DNA of 64,000 nt, taken from Gemmatimonadaceae bacterium (GTDB taxonomy: Bacteria; Gemmatimonadota; Gemmatimonadetes; Gemmatimonadales; Gemmatimonadaceae). The first letter of the stretch is position 1, and the number at the start of each line of letters is the position of its first letter. Below are positions 9,671 through 20,671 of this stretch, piece by piece. The stretch spans positions 24,626 through 88,625 of the forward strand of contig JBQTIW010000035.1 of the NCBI GenBank assembly GCA_052387735.1, written 5' to 3'. The notes under the pieces were generated by a model. The model did no database searches. It was not told the origin of the DNA and worked only from the letters and a program-made list of their open reading frames with translations. The position numbers and the translations under genes are program-made.

Positions 9671-10522
9671 ATGAGAGCTCGTGCGTCACGCTGGATACCC
9701 GCCCTGATGCTGGCTGTCGGATGCATCGGCACGAGCGCACGCTCGGGACCGGAGGCGACGTGGGAAGCGCATGCCGTTCGGTTCGCCACGATTCCAGGCT
9801 TCCGTGTGCGGTCGCTCATTCCGGGTGTGGACAGCGCTCGGCGCCTGGACATCGCCATGATGGTCTGGCCGCTCGTCGCGCCTAACGGTGACATCGTCCT
9901 GGTGGACGCGGGCTTCACGCGCCAGAAGTTCATCACCCAATGGAAACCTGCCGACTATGTCATGCCCGATTCGGCCCTCAGGCGCGGCGGGTTCGACCCG
10001 GCGCGGGTCACCGACATCGTGATCTCCCACATCCATTGGGATCACGCCGACGGCGTCGAGCGCTTTCCGGGAGCGCGCATCTGGCTCCAGCGCGAGGAGT
10101 TCGAGCACTACGTGGGAGCCACCGGCGAAGCGAAGCAGACTGCGATCGATCCCGAGGTCGCTGCGATGTACCGGCAGCTGTTCACCGCTGGTCGCATTCG
10201 ACTCGCCGAGGGTGACAGCGCCGAGATCCGGCCCGGCATCCGCGTGCACACCGGTGGCAAGCACACGTTCGCATCGCAGTTCGTCTCGGCCCGCACGCGC
10301 GGGGGCACCGTGGTCATCGCGTCGGACAACGCGTACCTCTACGAGAACCTCGAGCGGCAGCGTCCGATCGCGCAGACGCTGGACTCGCTGTCGAACCTTT
10401 CGGCCCAGCGCCGCATGCGGGCGATCGCCGCGCGCCCTGAGTGGGTGATCCCGGGACACGACCCCGCGGTATTCGCGCGCTTCCCCGTCACGCCGGCGGG
10501 TGTAGCGACCATCAGAGACTAG
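9671..10522 (+). CDS. metallo-beta-lactamase-fold hydrolase (N-acyl-homoserine-lactonase-like)
   Basis: GGAGA 6 nt upstream of the ATG at 9671. Signal-like N-terminus. HxHxDH motif SHIHWDHADG. Confidence 0.75.
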   Translation: MRARASRWIPALMLAVGCIGTSARSGPEATWEAHAVRFATIPGFRVRSLIPGVDSARRLDIAMMVWPLVAPNGDIVLVDAGFTRQKFITQWKPADYVMPDSALRRGGFDPARVTDIVISHIHWDHADGVERFPGARIWLQREEFEHYVGATGEAKQTAIDPEVAAMYRQLFTAGRIRLAEGDSAEIRPGIRVHTGGKHTFASQFVSARTRGGTVVIASDNAYLYENLERQRPIAQTLDSLSNLSAQRRMRAIAARPEWVIPGHDPAVFARFPVTPAGVATIRD

Positions 10523-10526
10523 GCGT

Positions 10527-12227
10527 TCACGACCTTCGCATTCGCTCCAGCTCGCGAACCACGCTCTCCGGCCCGACGCGACGCCCGAGGAACTGCTCCA
10601 ACACTTCGCGCGATGGCTTCGACTGACCGAACTGATAGAGCGCATCGCTGAGCCAGTCGTACAGCGTTGCACCACTGGTGGTGAACCCGCCGCGCTTCGC
10701 GCGCACACGTTCCCGCACATCGGCCGCGACCATCGCGCCTAACGCATAGTTCATCAGGTAGCCGGGACTCGACACCAGCTGACCTCGCATCGCCCACCAC
10801 GACCACTCGGGATGCGGTGCAATGCGCAGATACGTCCTGGTGATGTCGGTCCAGGTGACGTTCGGGTCCCGCCCGGGATCCTGGTGCATCCGCAGCTCGA
10901 ACAAGGCCCACGCCACGTCCATCATCACGGCGCTGTACCGTTCGCGGAGCGACTCGGCCGTCGTCACGGAATCGCCAAGGTACTTCTGTTGCCAGATTCC
11001 CTCGTAGGCTTCCCCTGCCGGGACGTCGGCCAGCCCCTCGGTGAATGGATCGCTGTCGGGCCAGTCGGCAAAGGCCGGTCGCGTGTCGACAGCGCCGATG
11101 TGAATCGCGTGCCCGGACTCGTGCAGAAGCTCGACCAGGCTCCCCAGTCCGCCCTCACGATACGTGGCGAACACCCAGGGATCGGCGCCTCGCGGCCCGT
11201 CGCGGGTGCGGCGCGGTAGCCCGCCGAACTGCGTGAATGCGACGGGGGTCTTTCCCTCCCGCGGCACCAGGTCGTAGCGGACGCCCAACGTGCGCGGCGA
11301 TGCGCCGAAGGCTGCGAAATACGTCTCGTTGATCCGCTCCAGCTCCCCCAGCGGTATACGGTTCGACAGACGCCGACTGGCCGATTCGTTCTCGTAATAC
11401 CAGTCCCACGGCTCGGTGAGGTCGTCGGACATCTGCCGGCGCCACGCATCCAGCATCGCGATGAGGACCCGTTCTACGGACAACGGATCCAGCCCTAACG
11501 AGCGTGCCGCGGCATCGACCGGCGAGCCGGATCGCCGCCACTGGTCGGCACTCAGGCGCACCAGCTCGCGGTAGGGACTTGCCGGCATGTTCGACCCGTT
11601 CACACTCTCCCACACCGGTCGCAGCGAGAGAAACAGCGCACGTCGTTTGGCCGCTGAGGGCTCGGTCCCCAGCCGCGACAGAACGGTCAGACGGTCAACC
11701 GTATCAGTCGAGGTGACCACATGCGTCGCCTGGTAGCCGTAGCAGGCATAGACTGGATCGGACAGGGCGCTGAATCCTGACTGCGCGGCATCGGCGACGC
11801 TGTAGTTGCAGACGCGGTGCTCGCGGCGATGCTGCCGGGAGGAAACGGGAGCCAGGTTGGCCCGCATCACCGTGATGGCCCGCTGGTCCTCTGCGCCAAA
11901 GCGAGCGGAGTCCAGAGCGTCCAGCCGTTCAATGGCGCGCTCCCGCAGCGCTTCGTAGCTGCGCACCAGCTCCTCCAGCGGGATGCCCCGGGTACTGCGG
12001 CCGGTGCCATTCGCCTCCGTCACCGCGACCTGGAAGTACAGGTCCCGGGCGTCCCCATAGAGCGACTCCGCTTCGGCGAGTCGTTGGGCGGGAGTCGCCT
12101 CCGTAGGGGGCTGGATGTACTGGATGCAGCTTGTGAGAAGGGCGACAAGGACGAGGCGGGCAGCAGTGCCGGGCACCCGGTCTCCCCATCCCTGACCCGC
12201 TCGTGGCCTGGCGTCTGTAGCTTTCAC
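10527..12227 (-). CDS. HEXXH zinc metallopeptidase lipoprotein
   Basis: GTG at 12227 preceded by GAGGAG. Lipobox LVALLTSC. LLHESGHAIH zinc-binding motif. Confidence 0.65.
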   Translation of the reverse strand: MKATDARPRAGQGWGDRVPGTAARLVLVALLTSCIQYIQPPTEATPAQRLAEAESLYGDARDLYFQVAVTEANGTGRSTRGIPLEELVRSYEALRERAIERLDALDSARFGAEDQRAITVMRANLAPVSSRQHRREHRVCNYSVADAAQSGFSALSDPVYACYGYQATHVVTSTDTVDRLTVLSRLGTEPSAAKRRALFLSLRPVWESVNGSNMPASPYRELVRLSADQWRRSGSPVDAAARSLGLDPLSVERVLIAMLDAWRRQMSDDLTEPWDWYYENESASRRLSNRIPLGELERINETYFAAFGASPRTLGVRYDLVPREGKTPVAFTQFGGLPRRTRDGPRGADPWVFATYREGGLGSLVELLHESGHAIHIGAVDTRPAFADWPDSDPFTEGLADVPAGEAYEGIWQQKYLGDSVTTAESLRERYSAVMMDVAWALFELRMHQDPGRDPNVTWTDITRTYLRIAPHPEWSWWAMRGQLVSSPGYLMNYALGAMVAADVRERVRAKRGGFTTSGATLYDWLSDALYQFGQSKPSREVLEQFLGRRVGPESVVRELERMRRS

Positions 12228-12288
12228 ACCGATCTCCTCCGCTTCATCAAGAACGCTGCAACACACGGTACACCTACTCCGACTCCCC

Positions 12289-14082
12289 GTGCCGACGTTT
12301 CACGCCCCCACCCAGGACTACCGGTTTCTCTTGACGGAAGTGTTCGACCTCCAACGTCTGTCGACGTACCCTGGTTACGAGGAGGCGACTTCCGATCTGC
12401 TGGTATCTGTGCTCGAGGAGGCGGGCGCGTTGTGCGAGGAACTGCTGTTCCCGCTCAACATGGCGGGTGACGCGGAAGGGTGCACCTGGGACAACGGCAC
12501 GGTGCGGACGCCAACGGGCTTCCGCGAGGCCTTCCGGCAGTACGCAGCCGGTGGATGGATCGGCCTTTCGAGCGATCCCGCGTACGGCGGGCAGGGCTTG
12601 CCCATCGTGATGCGTTATGTCATCGATGAAATGGTGTGCGCAGCCAACCTCTCGTTCGCCATGTATCCCGGTCTCACGCAGGGCGCGCTCGAGGCGATCC
12701 ACACGCACGGCACCGAGGACCTCCACGCGAAGTTCTTGCCGAAGATGACCACCGGCGAGTGGACGGGGACGATGTGCCTCACCGAAGCGCATGCGGGGAC
12801 GGACCTCGGGATGATCCGTACGCGCGCCCAACCGATGGACGATGGGAGCTGCAGCATTTCCGGCACGAAGATCTTCATCACGGCCGGCGAGCACGATCTG
12901 GCGAAGAACATCATTCACCTCGTCCTTGCCAAACTGCCCGATGCACCGGCCGGATCGCGCGGGATATCCATGTTCCTCGTGCCCAAGTTCCTGGTCAACG
13001 CCGATGGTTCGTTAGGCCCGCGCAACGGCGTGACCTGCGGTTCGATCGAACACAAGATGGGCATCAAGGGATCCGCGACGTGCGTCATCAACTTCGACAA
13101 CGCCAAGGGATGGCTGGTGGGCGAGGCGCACAAGGGCCTGCGCGCGATGTTCACGATGATGAACGGTGCGCGGCTCGGCGTCGGACTGCAGGGGCTGGGA
13201 CTCGCCCACGCGAGCTATCAGAGCGCAGTGGCCTACGCGCGCGAGCGGCTGCAGGGGCGCGCCCTGTCCGGACCGAAGAACGCCGGCGGGCCGGCCGACC
13301 CGATCATCGAACACGCGGACATTCGGCGCGGCCTGCTGGCCATGCGCGCGTTCATCGAAGGGGCGCGTGCGCTGGCAGTGTTCTGCGCGCTGCAACTCGA
13401 CGATGAACACATGCATCCCGACGCCAGCGTGCGCGAGCAGGCGGCGGATCTGGTGGCACTGCTCACGCCCATCATCAAAGCCTTGTTTACGGACCTCGGA
13501 TTCGAAAGCACCAACATCGGCATGCAGACGTTAGGTGGACACGGCTACATCCGCGAATACGGAATGGAGCAATACGTGCGCGATGCGCGCATCGGGCAGA
13601 TCTACGAGGGTACCAATCACGTGCAGGCGTTGGACCTGGTCGGGCGCAAACTGGGTGAGGGCAACGGGAGACTCCTCACACGGTATCTGGGGATCGTCGG
13701 CGGCGAGCTGGCGGCCGCGCGCTCGGTGCACGGCCTGGAAGAACACACCGCGACGCTCGCCGAGGCCGTCCAACGGCTGGAGCGTTCGACGCTGCAGATC
13801 GCGCAGCGGGCATTGAAGTCACCCGACGAAGTCGGAGCCGCGGCATCGGAGTACTTGCGGATGTTCGGCTTCGTCGCACTGGGCCACATGTGGTTGCGGA
13901 TGGCGCGCATCGCCGGCGAGCGCGCGCGATCCGGCGGCGCCCTGTCTGCCGACTTCTATCAGGCAAGGCTGGGCGTGGCCAGGTACTACTTCCAGCGTGT
14001 CATGCCGCAGACCGTGGCACTCGCCGCTGCGATCGAGGCGGGTGCTTCGCCGGTAGTGGACTTCCCGACCAGCTGGTTCTAG
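12289..14082 (+). CDS. long acyl-CoA dehydrogenase (with C-terminal extension domain)
   Basis: 597 aa. GTG start. MPTFHAPTQDYRFLL N-terminus and LTEAHAGTDLG, QTLGGHGYIREYGMEQYVRDARIGQIYEGTN motifs typical of ACADs. Confidence 0.85.
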   Translation: MPTFHAPTQDYRFLLTEVFDLQRLSTYPGYEEATSDLLVSVLEEAGALCEELLFPLNMAGDAEGCTWDNGTVRTPTGFREAFRQYAAGGWIGLSSDPAYGGQGLPIVMRYVIDEMVCAANLSFAMYPGLTQGALEAIHTHGTEDLHAKFLPKMTTGEWTGTMCLTEAHAGTDLGMIRTRAQPMDDGSCSISGTKIFITAGEHDLAKNIIHLVLAKLPDAPAGSRGISMFLVPKFLVNADGSLGPRNGVTCGSIEHKMGIKGSATCVINFDNAKGWLVGEAHKGLRAMFTMMNGARLGVGLQGLGLAHASYQSAVAYARERLQGRALSGPKNAGGPADPIIEHADIRRGLLAMRAFIEGARALAVFCALQLDDEHMHPDASVREQAADLVALLTPIIKALFTDLGFESTNIGMQTLGGHGYIREYGMEQYVRDARIGQIYEGTNHVQALDLVGRKLGEGNGRLLTRYLGIVGGELAAARSVHGLEEHTATLAEAVQRLERSTLQIAQRALKSPDEVGAAASEYLRMFGFVALGHMWLRMARIAGERARSGGALSADFYQARLGVARYYFQRVMPQTVALAAAIEAGASPVVDFPTSWF

Positions 14083-14365
14083 GCGGCGTCGCGAGCGGAA
14101 ATACCTGCCGCGCTCGATGTGAAGCGGCTCATCCACGCTGAGCACGCGTGCGTCGGCGCTGTGTACGCGGCGTTGGCCGGGGGGACGCCGTTGCACGGCT
14201 CGCTCTGACGTCGTAAGTTGGCCCGCCGGCCGCCACGGCATGCCGAAGGCGAGTGGACGTGAACCGTTCAGCCCTTCCGTTCCGGCTCCGTCGCGCAAAG
14301 CGCGGCGCCATCCGCCGCACCGCGTGGTCTGTGCCAGCACCTTCCCCCTCCTCCCAGAGAGCACG

Positions 14366-17300
14366 ATGCGATTGAGACTCGTAAGGGCCGCCGGAACCGT
14401 GGTTGTGTTCGCGGTGCTCGTCCTCCTCGCACCCGAGAGGTTGGCGGCACAAACCACTGGGACCGTCCAGGGTCGGGTCGTCGAGACGGGCTCGCAACAA
14501 CCCGTCGGAGATGTCCAGGTCAGTGTGGTTGGCACGACACTCGGCGGTCTGACGAACGCAGCCGGCGAATACACGGTGGCAAACGTTCCTGTCGGTGCGC
14601 AGCAGGTACGTGTGCGGCGGTTGGGCTTCCGCGCCGCAGATCAGAGCATCACCGTGGCCAGCGGAACGGTTGTGCGCGCGGACTTCACCATCGCGCCGTC
14701 GGCCGCGCAACTCGAGCAGGTCGTCGTCACCGGTACCACCGGCGCGGTTGAGCGGCGCACGGTTGGCAATTCCATCACGCAAGTCGCCGTTGCCGAGCTG
14801 ACCGAACGGAATTCGATCATGTCGGTTTCCGAGATTCTGCAGGGCAAGAGCCCGGGAGTCACGATTCTCCCCGGCTCAGGGGCCGCTGGCACTGCGGGCG
14901 AAATCCGTATTCGCGGCGCTGGCTCGATCAACGGGTATCAGCCCGTGGTCTTCATCGACGGGATCCGCTACAACATCGCTGACCTCGGCGGCTTCAGCGC
15001 GACCGGCGGGGGCACGCTGGGACTCGCACAGTCGTCGCAGGTGACATCCGCGCTCAACTGGCTCAACCCGAACGACATCGAGTCGATCGAAGTCATCAAG
15101 GGGCCGGCGGCATCCACGTTATATGGCGCCGAGGCCGCGAACGGCGTGATTCAAATCATCACGAAAAAGGGCTCGCGGGGACAGCAATCTTTGCGTTGGG
15201 GCTTTCGCGCCGAGCGCGGACAGAACGAGTGGAGGCTGTCCCCGGCCGACAATTACACGACCTGCGACGCCGTGAAGCAGGCGGCGACGGTTTCGGCAGC
15301 CGACCCGCGGCCTCTGTGGCCGGGGTGCCAGGGGAAGCCAGTCAACACGATCATCACCGGGAATCCCATGATGGACGACCCACGCGCACTGCGTGTGGGC
15401 GATCTGACGCGGCTCTCCATGACCGTTCGAGGCGGCGGCGATCGCTACTCGCTGTATCTCTCGGGCGACCGCGACATCGATCAGGGTGTGTTCTTCAACA
15501 ACGATGTGAATCGCACGTCGGTGCGCAGCAACTTTTCGTTCAACCCGAATGACAAGACGGATTTTTCGCTCACGACGAACTGGCAAAACGGCCGCATCCG
15601 GCTGCCGATTCAGGACGAGTCGGCGAACGGGCTCCTCCTGAGCGCTTTGCGCGGATTCCCTGGACGTGTGTCGTTGCTCGGGACTGGTAACGAGGGGTGG
15701 CGTACGATCGCCCCCGAACAGGCGAACCTCTATCGCAACTTCACGAGCTCGAGCCGGCTCACGATCGGCGCCACAGCGAACTACCGGCCGTTCTCATGGT
15801 TCCGCAATCGGGCGACGATCGGGATCGACAACACGACGACACAGGCGCAGCTGCTTTTCCTGCCCACTGAGATTTCGGCCGCACAGGACGCCGATGCGGC
15901 CGCGGGTGCCAATTTGCGGCGCACGCCGACGGCGCGCCTGACGACGCTGAACTACAACGGGGATCTCGATTGGCGGATCCGTACCGACCTTCAGTCGACG
16001 ACATCGTTCGGCGCACAGGTGGTCAGCGACGAGCGGAGACGCCTGGATGCGACAGGGATCGGTCTCGGTGCACCCGATGTGACCCTGGTCAATCTCGCCC
16101 AACGCACCACGGGCGGAGAGACGTTCAGCGAAGACAACTCCGTTGGTTACTACGTGCAGCAAGCGCTCCACTGGAAGGAGCGGCTGTACCTGACCGGTGC
16201 CGTGAGAGCAGACGACCATTCGTCGTTCGGCGAGAACTTCGACATCATTGTCTACCCGAAGGTGTCGGTCTCGTACATCATCTCGGACGAGCCGGCGGCG
16301 AAGGGGCTGATGACCGCGTTACGCCTGAACAGCCTCAAACTGCGCGGTGCGTGGGGGCAGGCCGGGCGCGCCCCGTCGGCCTACTCGGCGCCGCAAACGT
16401 ACACGGTCGATCGCGTCACGCTGGGGACGGCCACCGGTTCTGCGGCGCGCACGGCTTCGATCGGCAATCCGGACCTCAAGCCGGAAAAGGGTCAGGAGAT
16501 CGAGCTCGGCTTCGAGGCGAGCGGGTTTGGCGACCGCATCGGCGCTGACGTCACGTACTACAACAAGAAGACGAGCGACATGCTGCAGTCCATCTCGGTC
16601 GCGCCGTCGACGGGATTCATCAGCACGCGGCTGACGAATCTCGGTGAGGTCACGAACAAGGGCGTCGAACTGTCGCTGTTCGGGACGCCCGTCGATCTGC
16701 TCAACGTGAGATGGGAGACTCGGCTCAACTTGTCGACCAACTCCAACGAGCTGTTGAGCTTTGGCATCCCCGGCAAGATCCTCGAGACGCCTGGCGGTCA
16801 AGCCTATGGTGCCGTACAGCAGCACCGGCCCGGGTATCCGCTTGGCGGATTCTGGGTGACACCGCCACAGCGCGGGCCCGATGGGGCGGCCCTTCTCACA
16901 CCGGCCGGGGCCGCGATCTTCAACCCAGGCGACTCGGCGCGCCGCTACATCGGACCGTCGACGCCCACGCGCGAGATCGGCTTCTCGAACACGGTCACGC
17001 TCTTCAAATACTTCCGCTTGTACGGCCTCTTCGACTACAAGGGCGGCAACTACGTGTTCAACCTGCAGGAGCGGAACCGCTGCCAGGGGAGTGACAACTG
17101 TTGGCGTACCAACAATCCCCGAGCGCGTTTTCCGCAGACGGCCGCCGATTCAATCCTCTTCAAGGAGCTTGCGGTCTACCGCAACGCCTCGACATCACCG
17201 GAATGGATCCAGAAGGGTGATTTCATCAAGCTGCGTGAGATCTCTCTGACGTTCGATGCGCCGCGGCGCGTGGCCGCACGCATGAAGGCCCAGTCGCTGA

Positions 17301-17458
17301 GCTTCATATTCTCCGGTCGCAATCTCGCCTTGTGGAGCGACTATGAAGGCATCGACCCGGAAGTCAATTCCTACGGCGGCCGCAACTTTGTCCGCATCGA
17401 CGCCTACGCCGCGCCGATGATGCGGCGCCTGTCGGCGGCGATCAACCTCCAGTACTGA
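14366..17458 (+). CDS. SusC/RagA-family TonB-dependent outer-membrane receptor
   Basis: Signal peptide, then a carboxypeptidase-regulatory-like domain (TGTVQGRVVETGSQQPVGDVQVSVVGT), a plug (IEVIKGPAASTLYGAEAANGVIQIITKKG), and a C-terminal ...AAINLQY beta-barrel end. Confidence 0.85.
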   Translation: MRLRLVRAAGTVVVFAVLVLLAPERLAAQTTGTVQGRVVETGSQQPVGDVQVSVVGTTLGGLTNAAGEYTVANVPVGAQQVRVRRLGFRAADQSITVASGTVVRADFTIAPSAAQLEQVVVTGTTGAVERRTVGNSITQVAVAELTERNSIMSVSEILQGKSPGVTILPGSGAAGTAGEIRIRGAGSINGYQPVVFIDGIRYNIADLGGFSATGGGTLGLAQSSQVTSALNWLNPNDIESIEVIKGPAASTLYGAEAANGVIQIITKKGSRGQQSLRWGFRAERGQNEWRLSPADNYTTCDAVKQAATVSAADPRPLWPGCQGKPVNTIITGNPMMDDPRALRVGDLTRLSMTVRGGGDRYSLYLSGDRDIDQGVFFNNDVNRTSVRSNFSFNPNDKTDFSLTTNWQNGRIRLPIQDESANGLLLSALRGFPGRVSLLGTGNEGWRTIAPEQANLYRNFTSSSRLTIGATANYRPFSWFRNRATIGIDNTTTQAQLLFLPTEISAAQDADAAAGANLRRTPTARLTTLNYNGDLDWRIRTDLQSTTSFGAQVVSDERRRLDATGIGLGAPDVTLVNLAQRTTGGETFSEDNSVGYYVQQALHWKERLYLTGAVRADDHSSFGENFDIIVYPKVSVSYIISDEPAAKGLMTALRLNSLKLRGAWGQAGRAPSAYSAPQTYTVDRVTLGTATGSAARTASIGNPDLKPEKGQEIELGFEASGFGDRIGADVTYYNKKTSDMLQSISVAPSTGFISTRLTNLGEVTNKGVELSLFGTPVDLLNVRWETRLNLSTNSNELLSFGIPGKILETPGGQAYGAVQQHRPGYPLGGFWVTPPQRGPDGAALLTPAGAAIFNPGDSARRYIGPSTPTREIGFSNTVTLFKYFRLYGLFDYKGGNYVFNLQERNRCQGSDNCWRTNNPRARFPQTAADSILFKELAVYRNASTSPEWIQKGDFIKLREISLTFDAPRRVAARMKAQSLSFIFSGRNLALWSDYEGIDPEVNSYGGRNFVRIDAYAAPMMRRLSAAINLQY

Positions 17459-18810
17459 TGCGAGCGAGCCTAACCATGACCCATGACATGATGTCTCGCC
17501 ATATTGCGCGTCGTACCTCGGCAGCGCTTCTTGCTGCCGCACTCGGCGCCACGACGGCCTGCAACGATTTTCTCGTCGCCGAGAATCCTGGCGCCATCGA
17601 GGCCGTGGACCTGAACGCCCTCGGGTACGTCAGTCTCCTGGCCAACGGGCCAATCTTTGCCTTCCAGGCAGCCTATGATGACGTCGCCTACTGGAACGGG
17701 CAGTTGACGGACGAGTTGGTGAACCGCGGCAACAACAACCCGTTCGTGGAAGAAGGCCAGATCGATCGACGTGAGCTGTACTCGGACATGACGTACATCA
17801 ACGCGTTCCTGTATGCTCCGATGCAACGTGCGCGGTTTTCGGGGGAGGACGCCGCCGCGCGGCTCAAGATCATTCTGGCCGACTCGGCGTCGAGGGACCT
17901 GCGCGTCGCGCGATCGCTGGCGTATGCCGGGCACTCGTACGTGGCGCTCGGTGAAATGATGTGCGTGACGCCGATCGACCGCGGTGTGCCCAAGACGCCC
18001 GAGGAGATGTTCACCGACGCAATCGCGCGCTTCGACGAGGCCGTCACCGTGGCCAATGCTGCCAAGCAGCACGCCCTCGCCGCAACTCCGCCAAACTCGG
18101 GCCTTGCCAACGCGGCTGATTCCGTGCGCTACTTTGCGCTCGTCGGGTCCGCCCGCGCTGCGCTCAACCGGAACGACAAGGCACGGGCCATCACTTTCGC
18201 CAACCAGGTCCCCGCTGCCTTCATCTTCTGGGCTTACTACTCGGACAACTCGGCCGGTGAACGGAACCGCACGCACAACCGACTGACGTTAGGGAGCAAC
18301 GCCTGGCTCAACTTCACGCCGTTCGAAGCGATGGCGGCGGATCCGCGGATTCCGCGAATCACCGGCACCTCGGCACGCGCCGGAACACCGCTATCGCCAC
18401 CGTCGTACAGCACGTTCAACAACAGCGTCGCCGGGGCAAGCTTTATTCCGAATGTAGCCGTCCGCATCGCGAGCGGCCTGGAGGCACAGTACATCATCGC
18501 CGAGGCGCAGGGGCCGACCGCCGCGACGCTCGCCTTCGTCGACACACGGCGTGCAGCCGGCCTGCAGGCTCCCGTGACTCTCGCGGGCGATGCGCTTATG
18601 GCTGAGCTGCGGAGCCAGCGCTCACGCGACTTCTACCTCGACAACCACCGCCTCGGCGATCTGCGCCGCTACAAGCAATACTACAGCGTGGATCTGTTCC
18701 CCAAAGGACCGTATCCCGGGAGTACCTCGGGGCAGATCTATAACGAGTCCATCAGCTGCTGGCCGCTCCCCACCAACGAAATCAACGACAACCCGAACAT
18801 CCCGAAATAG
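17458..18810 (+). CDS. SusD/RagB-family nutrient-binding outer-membrane lipoprotein
   Basis: Start overlaps the SusC stop (TGATG). Lipobox GATTAC. 450 aa in the canonical position after SusC. Confidence 0.7.
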   Translation: MRASLTMTHDMMSRHIARRTSAALLAAALGATTACNDFLVAENPGAIEAVDLNALGYVSLLANGPIFAFQAAYDDVAYWNGQLTDELVNRGNNNPFVEEGQIDRRELYSDMTYINAFLYAPMQRARFSGEDAAARLKIILADSASRDLRVARSLAYAGHSYVALGEMMCVTPIDRGVPKTPEEMFTDAIARFDEAVTVANAAKQHALAATPPNSGLANAADSVRYFALVGSARAALNRNDKARAITFANQVPAAFIFWAYYSDNSAGERNRTHNRLTLGSNAWLNFTPFEAMAADPRIPRITGTSARAGTPLSPPSYSTFNNSVAGASFIPNVAVRIASGLEAQYIIAEAQGPTAATLAFVDTRRAAGLQAPVTLAGDALMAELRSQRSRDFYLDNHRLGDLRRYKQYYSVDLFPKGPYPGSTSGQIYNESISCWPLPTNEINDNPNIPK

Positions 18811-18960
18811 CGGGGAGCGGACGGCGGCCAGCGGGTAGAAGGGGGCTGGTCTCGCACACGCGCGGCCGGCCTTCTTCGTCTGTACCCTCTGGACCCGCCG
18901 ATTCGCGTGCCCGTTTCTCCGTTTCCGCGGTTTACCCGTCTCCCGCTCCCCGTTTGCCCC
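18811..18960. repeat. pair of inverted G-rich/C-rich heptad-repeat elements
   Basis: CGGGGAGCGG (18811-18820) is the reverse complement of CCGCTCCCCG (about 18943-18952). The C-rich arm has four C3-4 runs at 18935-18960 and abuts the next start codon. Confidence 0.45.
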
Positions 18961-18962
18961 TC

Positions 18963-19877
18963 ATGAGGCGCCGCATCCTCGCCGTCTTCGCGATCGTCAC
19001 CCTGCCTGCAAGCTGCACGGCCTGGCTGCTGCGCGATCCGGTGCCGTATTTCGAGTCGCGGCGTGATACGGCCTTCCGTTCGAGCGTCCTGGCGCAGGAC
19101 TCCGCGGCCGATCACGTCAACGAGCGCGTGCAGCTCGACGCGATCAATGGGCTGCGAGTACAGATGATCCTCCGTCGACCCCGGGCGGAAAGCGGTGTTG
19201 TGAGGCGCCCGCTCTTCATCGTTCTGGGTGGCTATGAAACGGGTGATCGGGCGGCGACGCTCATCCCGCATACGCACGGCAACATCATTGCAGCGCTCGC
19301 CTATCCCTACGACGGTGACCTGGGCGTGAAGGGGTTCGCGGTGCTACCTGCCGTGCCCAAACTGCGGAAGGCTGTTCTTGACACGCCGCCGGCCATCATG
19401 CTGGCGATCGATTACCTGCTGTCCCGCGGCGATGTCGACTCCTCGCGCATTGAGCTCGTGGGTGCCAGCTTCGGCACACCCTTCAGTACGGTCGTCGGAG
19501 CTCTCGATCCTCGGGTGTCGCGCGTGTGGTCGGTGCATGGCGCGGCATGGCCGTATCGACAGATCGAGCACAATCTCCAGGCGCGGATAGACTGGGCGCC
19601 TGCTCGCCAGGTCGTGGCCGGGCTGGCGACGCTGTTTGCGTCGGGTTGGCGCCTGGATCCCGAAGACTGGGCACCCCGCATCTCGCCACGACCGTTCATC
19701 ATGATCAACGCCCGGGAGGACGAGCGGATGCCGCGGGACGCCGTCGATGCGCTGTACGCGAGCGCGCGTGCACCCAAGGACATGATCTGGCTCGACGGCC
19801 CACACCTGCAGAGCAACCGCAAAGCCGTCTTGTCCGGCCTTGTGGAGACCGTCCTGCGTCGCGCGGCTACTCCTTGA
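18963..19877 (+). CDS. alpha/beta hydrolase (dienelactone-hydrolase-like)
   Basis: MRRRILAVFAIVTLPASC N-terminus. GASFG nucleophile-elbow-like motif. About 304 aa. Confidence 0.6.
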   Translation: MRRRILAVFAIVTLPASCTAWLLRDPVPYFESRRDTAFRSSVLAQDSAADHVNERVQLDAINGLRVQMILRRPRAESGVVRRPLFIVLGGYETGDRAATLIPHTHGNIIAALAYPYDGDLGVKGFAVLPAVPKLRKAVLDTPPAIMLAIDYLLSRGDVDSSRIELVGASFGTPFSTVVGALDPRVSRVWSVHGAAWPYRQIEHNLQARIDWAPARQVVAGLATLFASGWRLDPEDWAPRISPRPFIMINAREDERMPRDAVDALYASARAPKDMIWLDGPHLQSNRKAVLSGLVETVLRRAATP

Positions 19878-20487
19878 GCGGCGTCGCGTCACTGTAGTAC
19901 TCCCCACGACGGCGCGCGACGACGTACAGGTGGTGCTGATTGTGATAGAGGGTGAACATCAACATTTCCCGCGCCGTGATCCTGCCCAACAAGGGATGCG
20001 GCAGCTGCACGCCGTCCACCTGATGGCGAGTCCAGAGCGTGACACGTCTGGCGAGCGCTTGCACCTCCTGTCGATGCATGGCAAGGATTTGCCGGCGGTA
20101 GTCGGACGGGTCTCCCGTGACCGGCTGCGGCGAGGGCGCGAAACGCCCAGCCTGTCCTCCCTCACGGAGCTTGGTGTGGTATTTCGCCACCAGGACCTCG
20201 TACGCCAACGACACGCGCTTGGCGTTGCCGAACATGAGGCGCAACACGAACGTGGGTGTTCGCATGGCGTGTGAGACGGCGCGCACGGACTTGGTGAGAT
20301 GGCGGACGTGATCCGCCGGTGACCACGACGGGCCGAGCGGAGCAACGAACTCTTCATCCGGCATCGAGTTCCAGTACAGTTCGCTTGTGCCGCACACGCG
20401 TCGCAGTCCGTTCGCAATCTCGTTGCGATGATACGCGCTGACGGGCGGTGGAACGAGGTGTGCCAGTGAGCTGTGCGTCGCGGGCAT
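19867..20487 (-). CDS. DinB-family (DinB_2) protein
   Basis: 206 aa. His-containing helices (HVRHLTKS ... FTLYHNQHHLYVV) typical of the DinB four-helix bundle. Overlaps the convergent hydrolase gene by 11 nt. Confidence 0.65.
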   Translation of the reverse strand: MPATHSSLAHLVPPPVSAYHRNEIANGLRRVCGTSELYWNSMPDEEFVAPLGPSWSPADHVRHLTKSVRAVSHAMRTPTFVLRLMFGNAKRVSLAYEVLVAKYHTKLREGGQAGRFAPSPQPVTGDPSDYRRQILAMHRQEVQALARRVTLWTRHQVDGVQLPHPLLGRITAREMLMFTLYHNQHHLYVVARRRGEYYSDATPLKE

Positions 20488-20595
20488 GTGCAGCGTTGTA
20501 CGTGGTTAGGCGCAACCCCGACCTCGTCGAGTTCACGCTCCGAACCTTGAGTGTGGTGTACCGCCGAATGGCGCGCAATGTTCACATGTGAATGA

Positions 20596-20671
20596 GTGGG
20601 GTCGTGAGTAGTGGGTAGAGGGCGACGACCCGTGATCTCTCCCCGCCACCCAGTACCCGCTACCCACTCTC
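20596..20671. repeat. G-rich/C-rich inverted heptad repeat with G-quadruplex-type run spacing
   Basis: GTGGGTAG (20611-20618) pairs with CTACCCAC (20660-20667). The + strand has CCCC..CCC..CCC..CCC at 20641-20665, with 4-nt spacers. Confidence 0.5.
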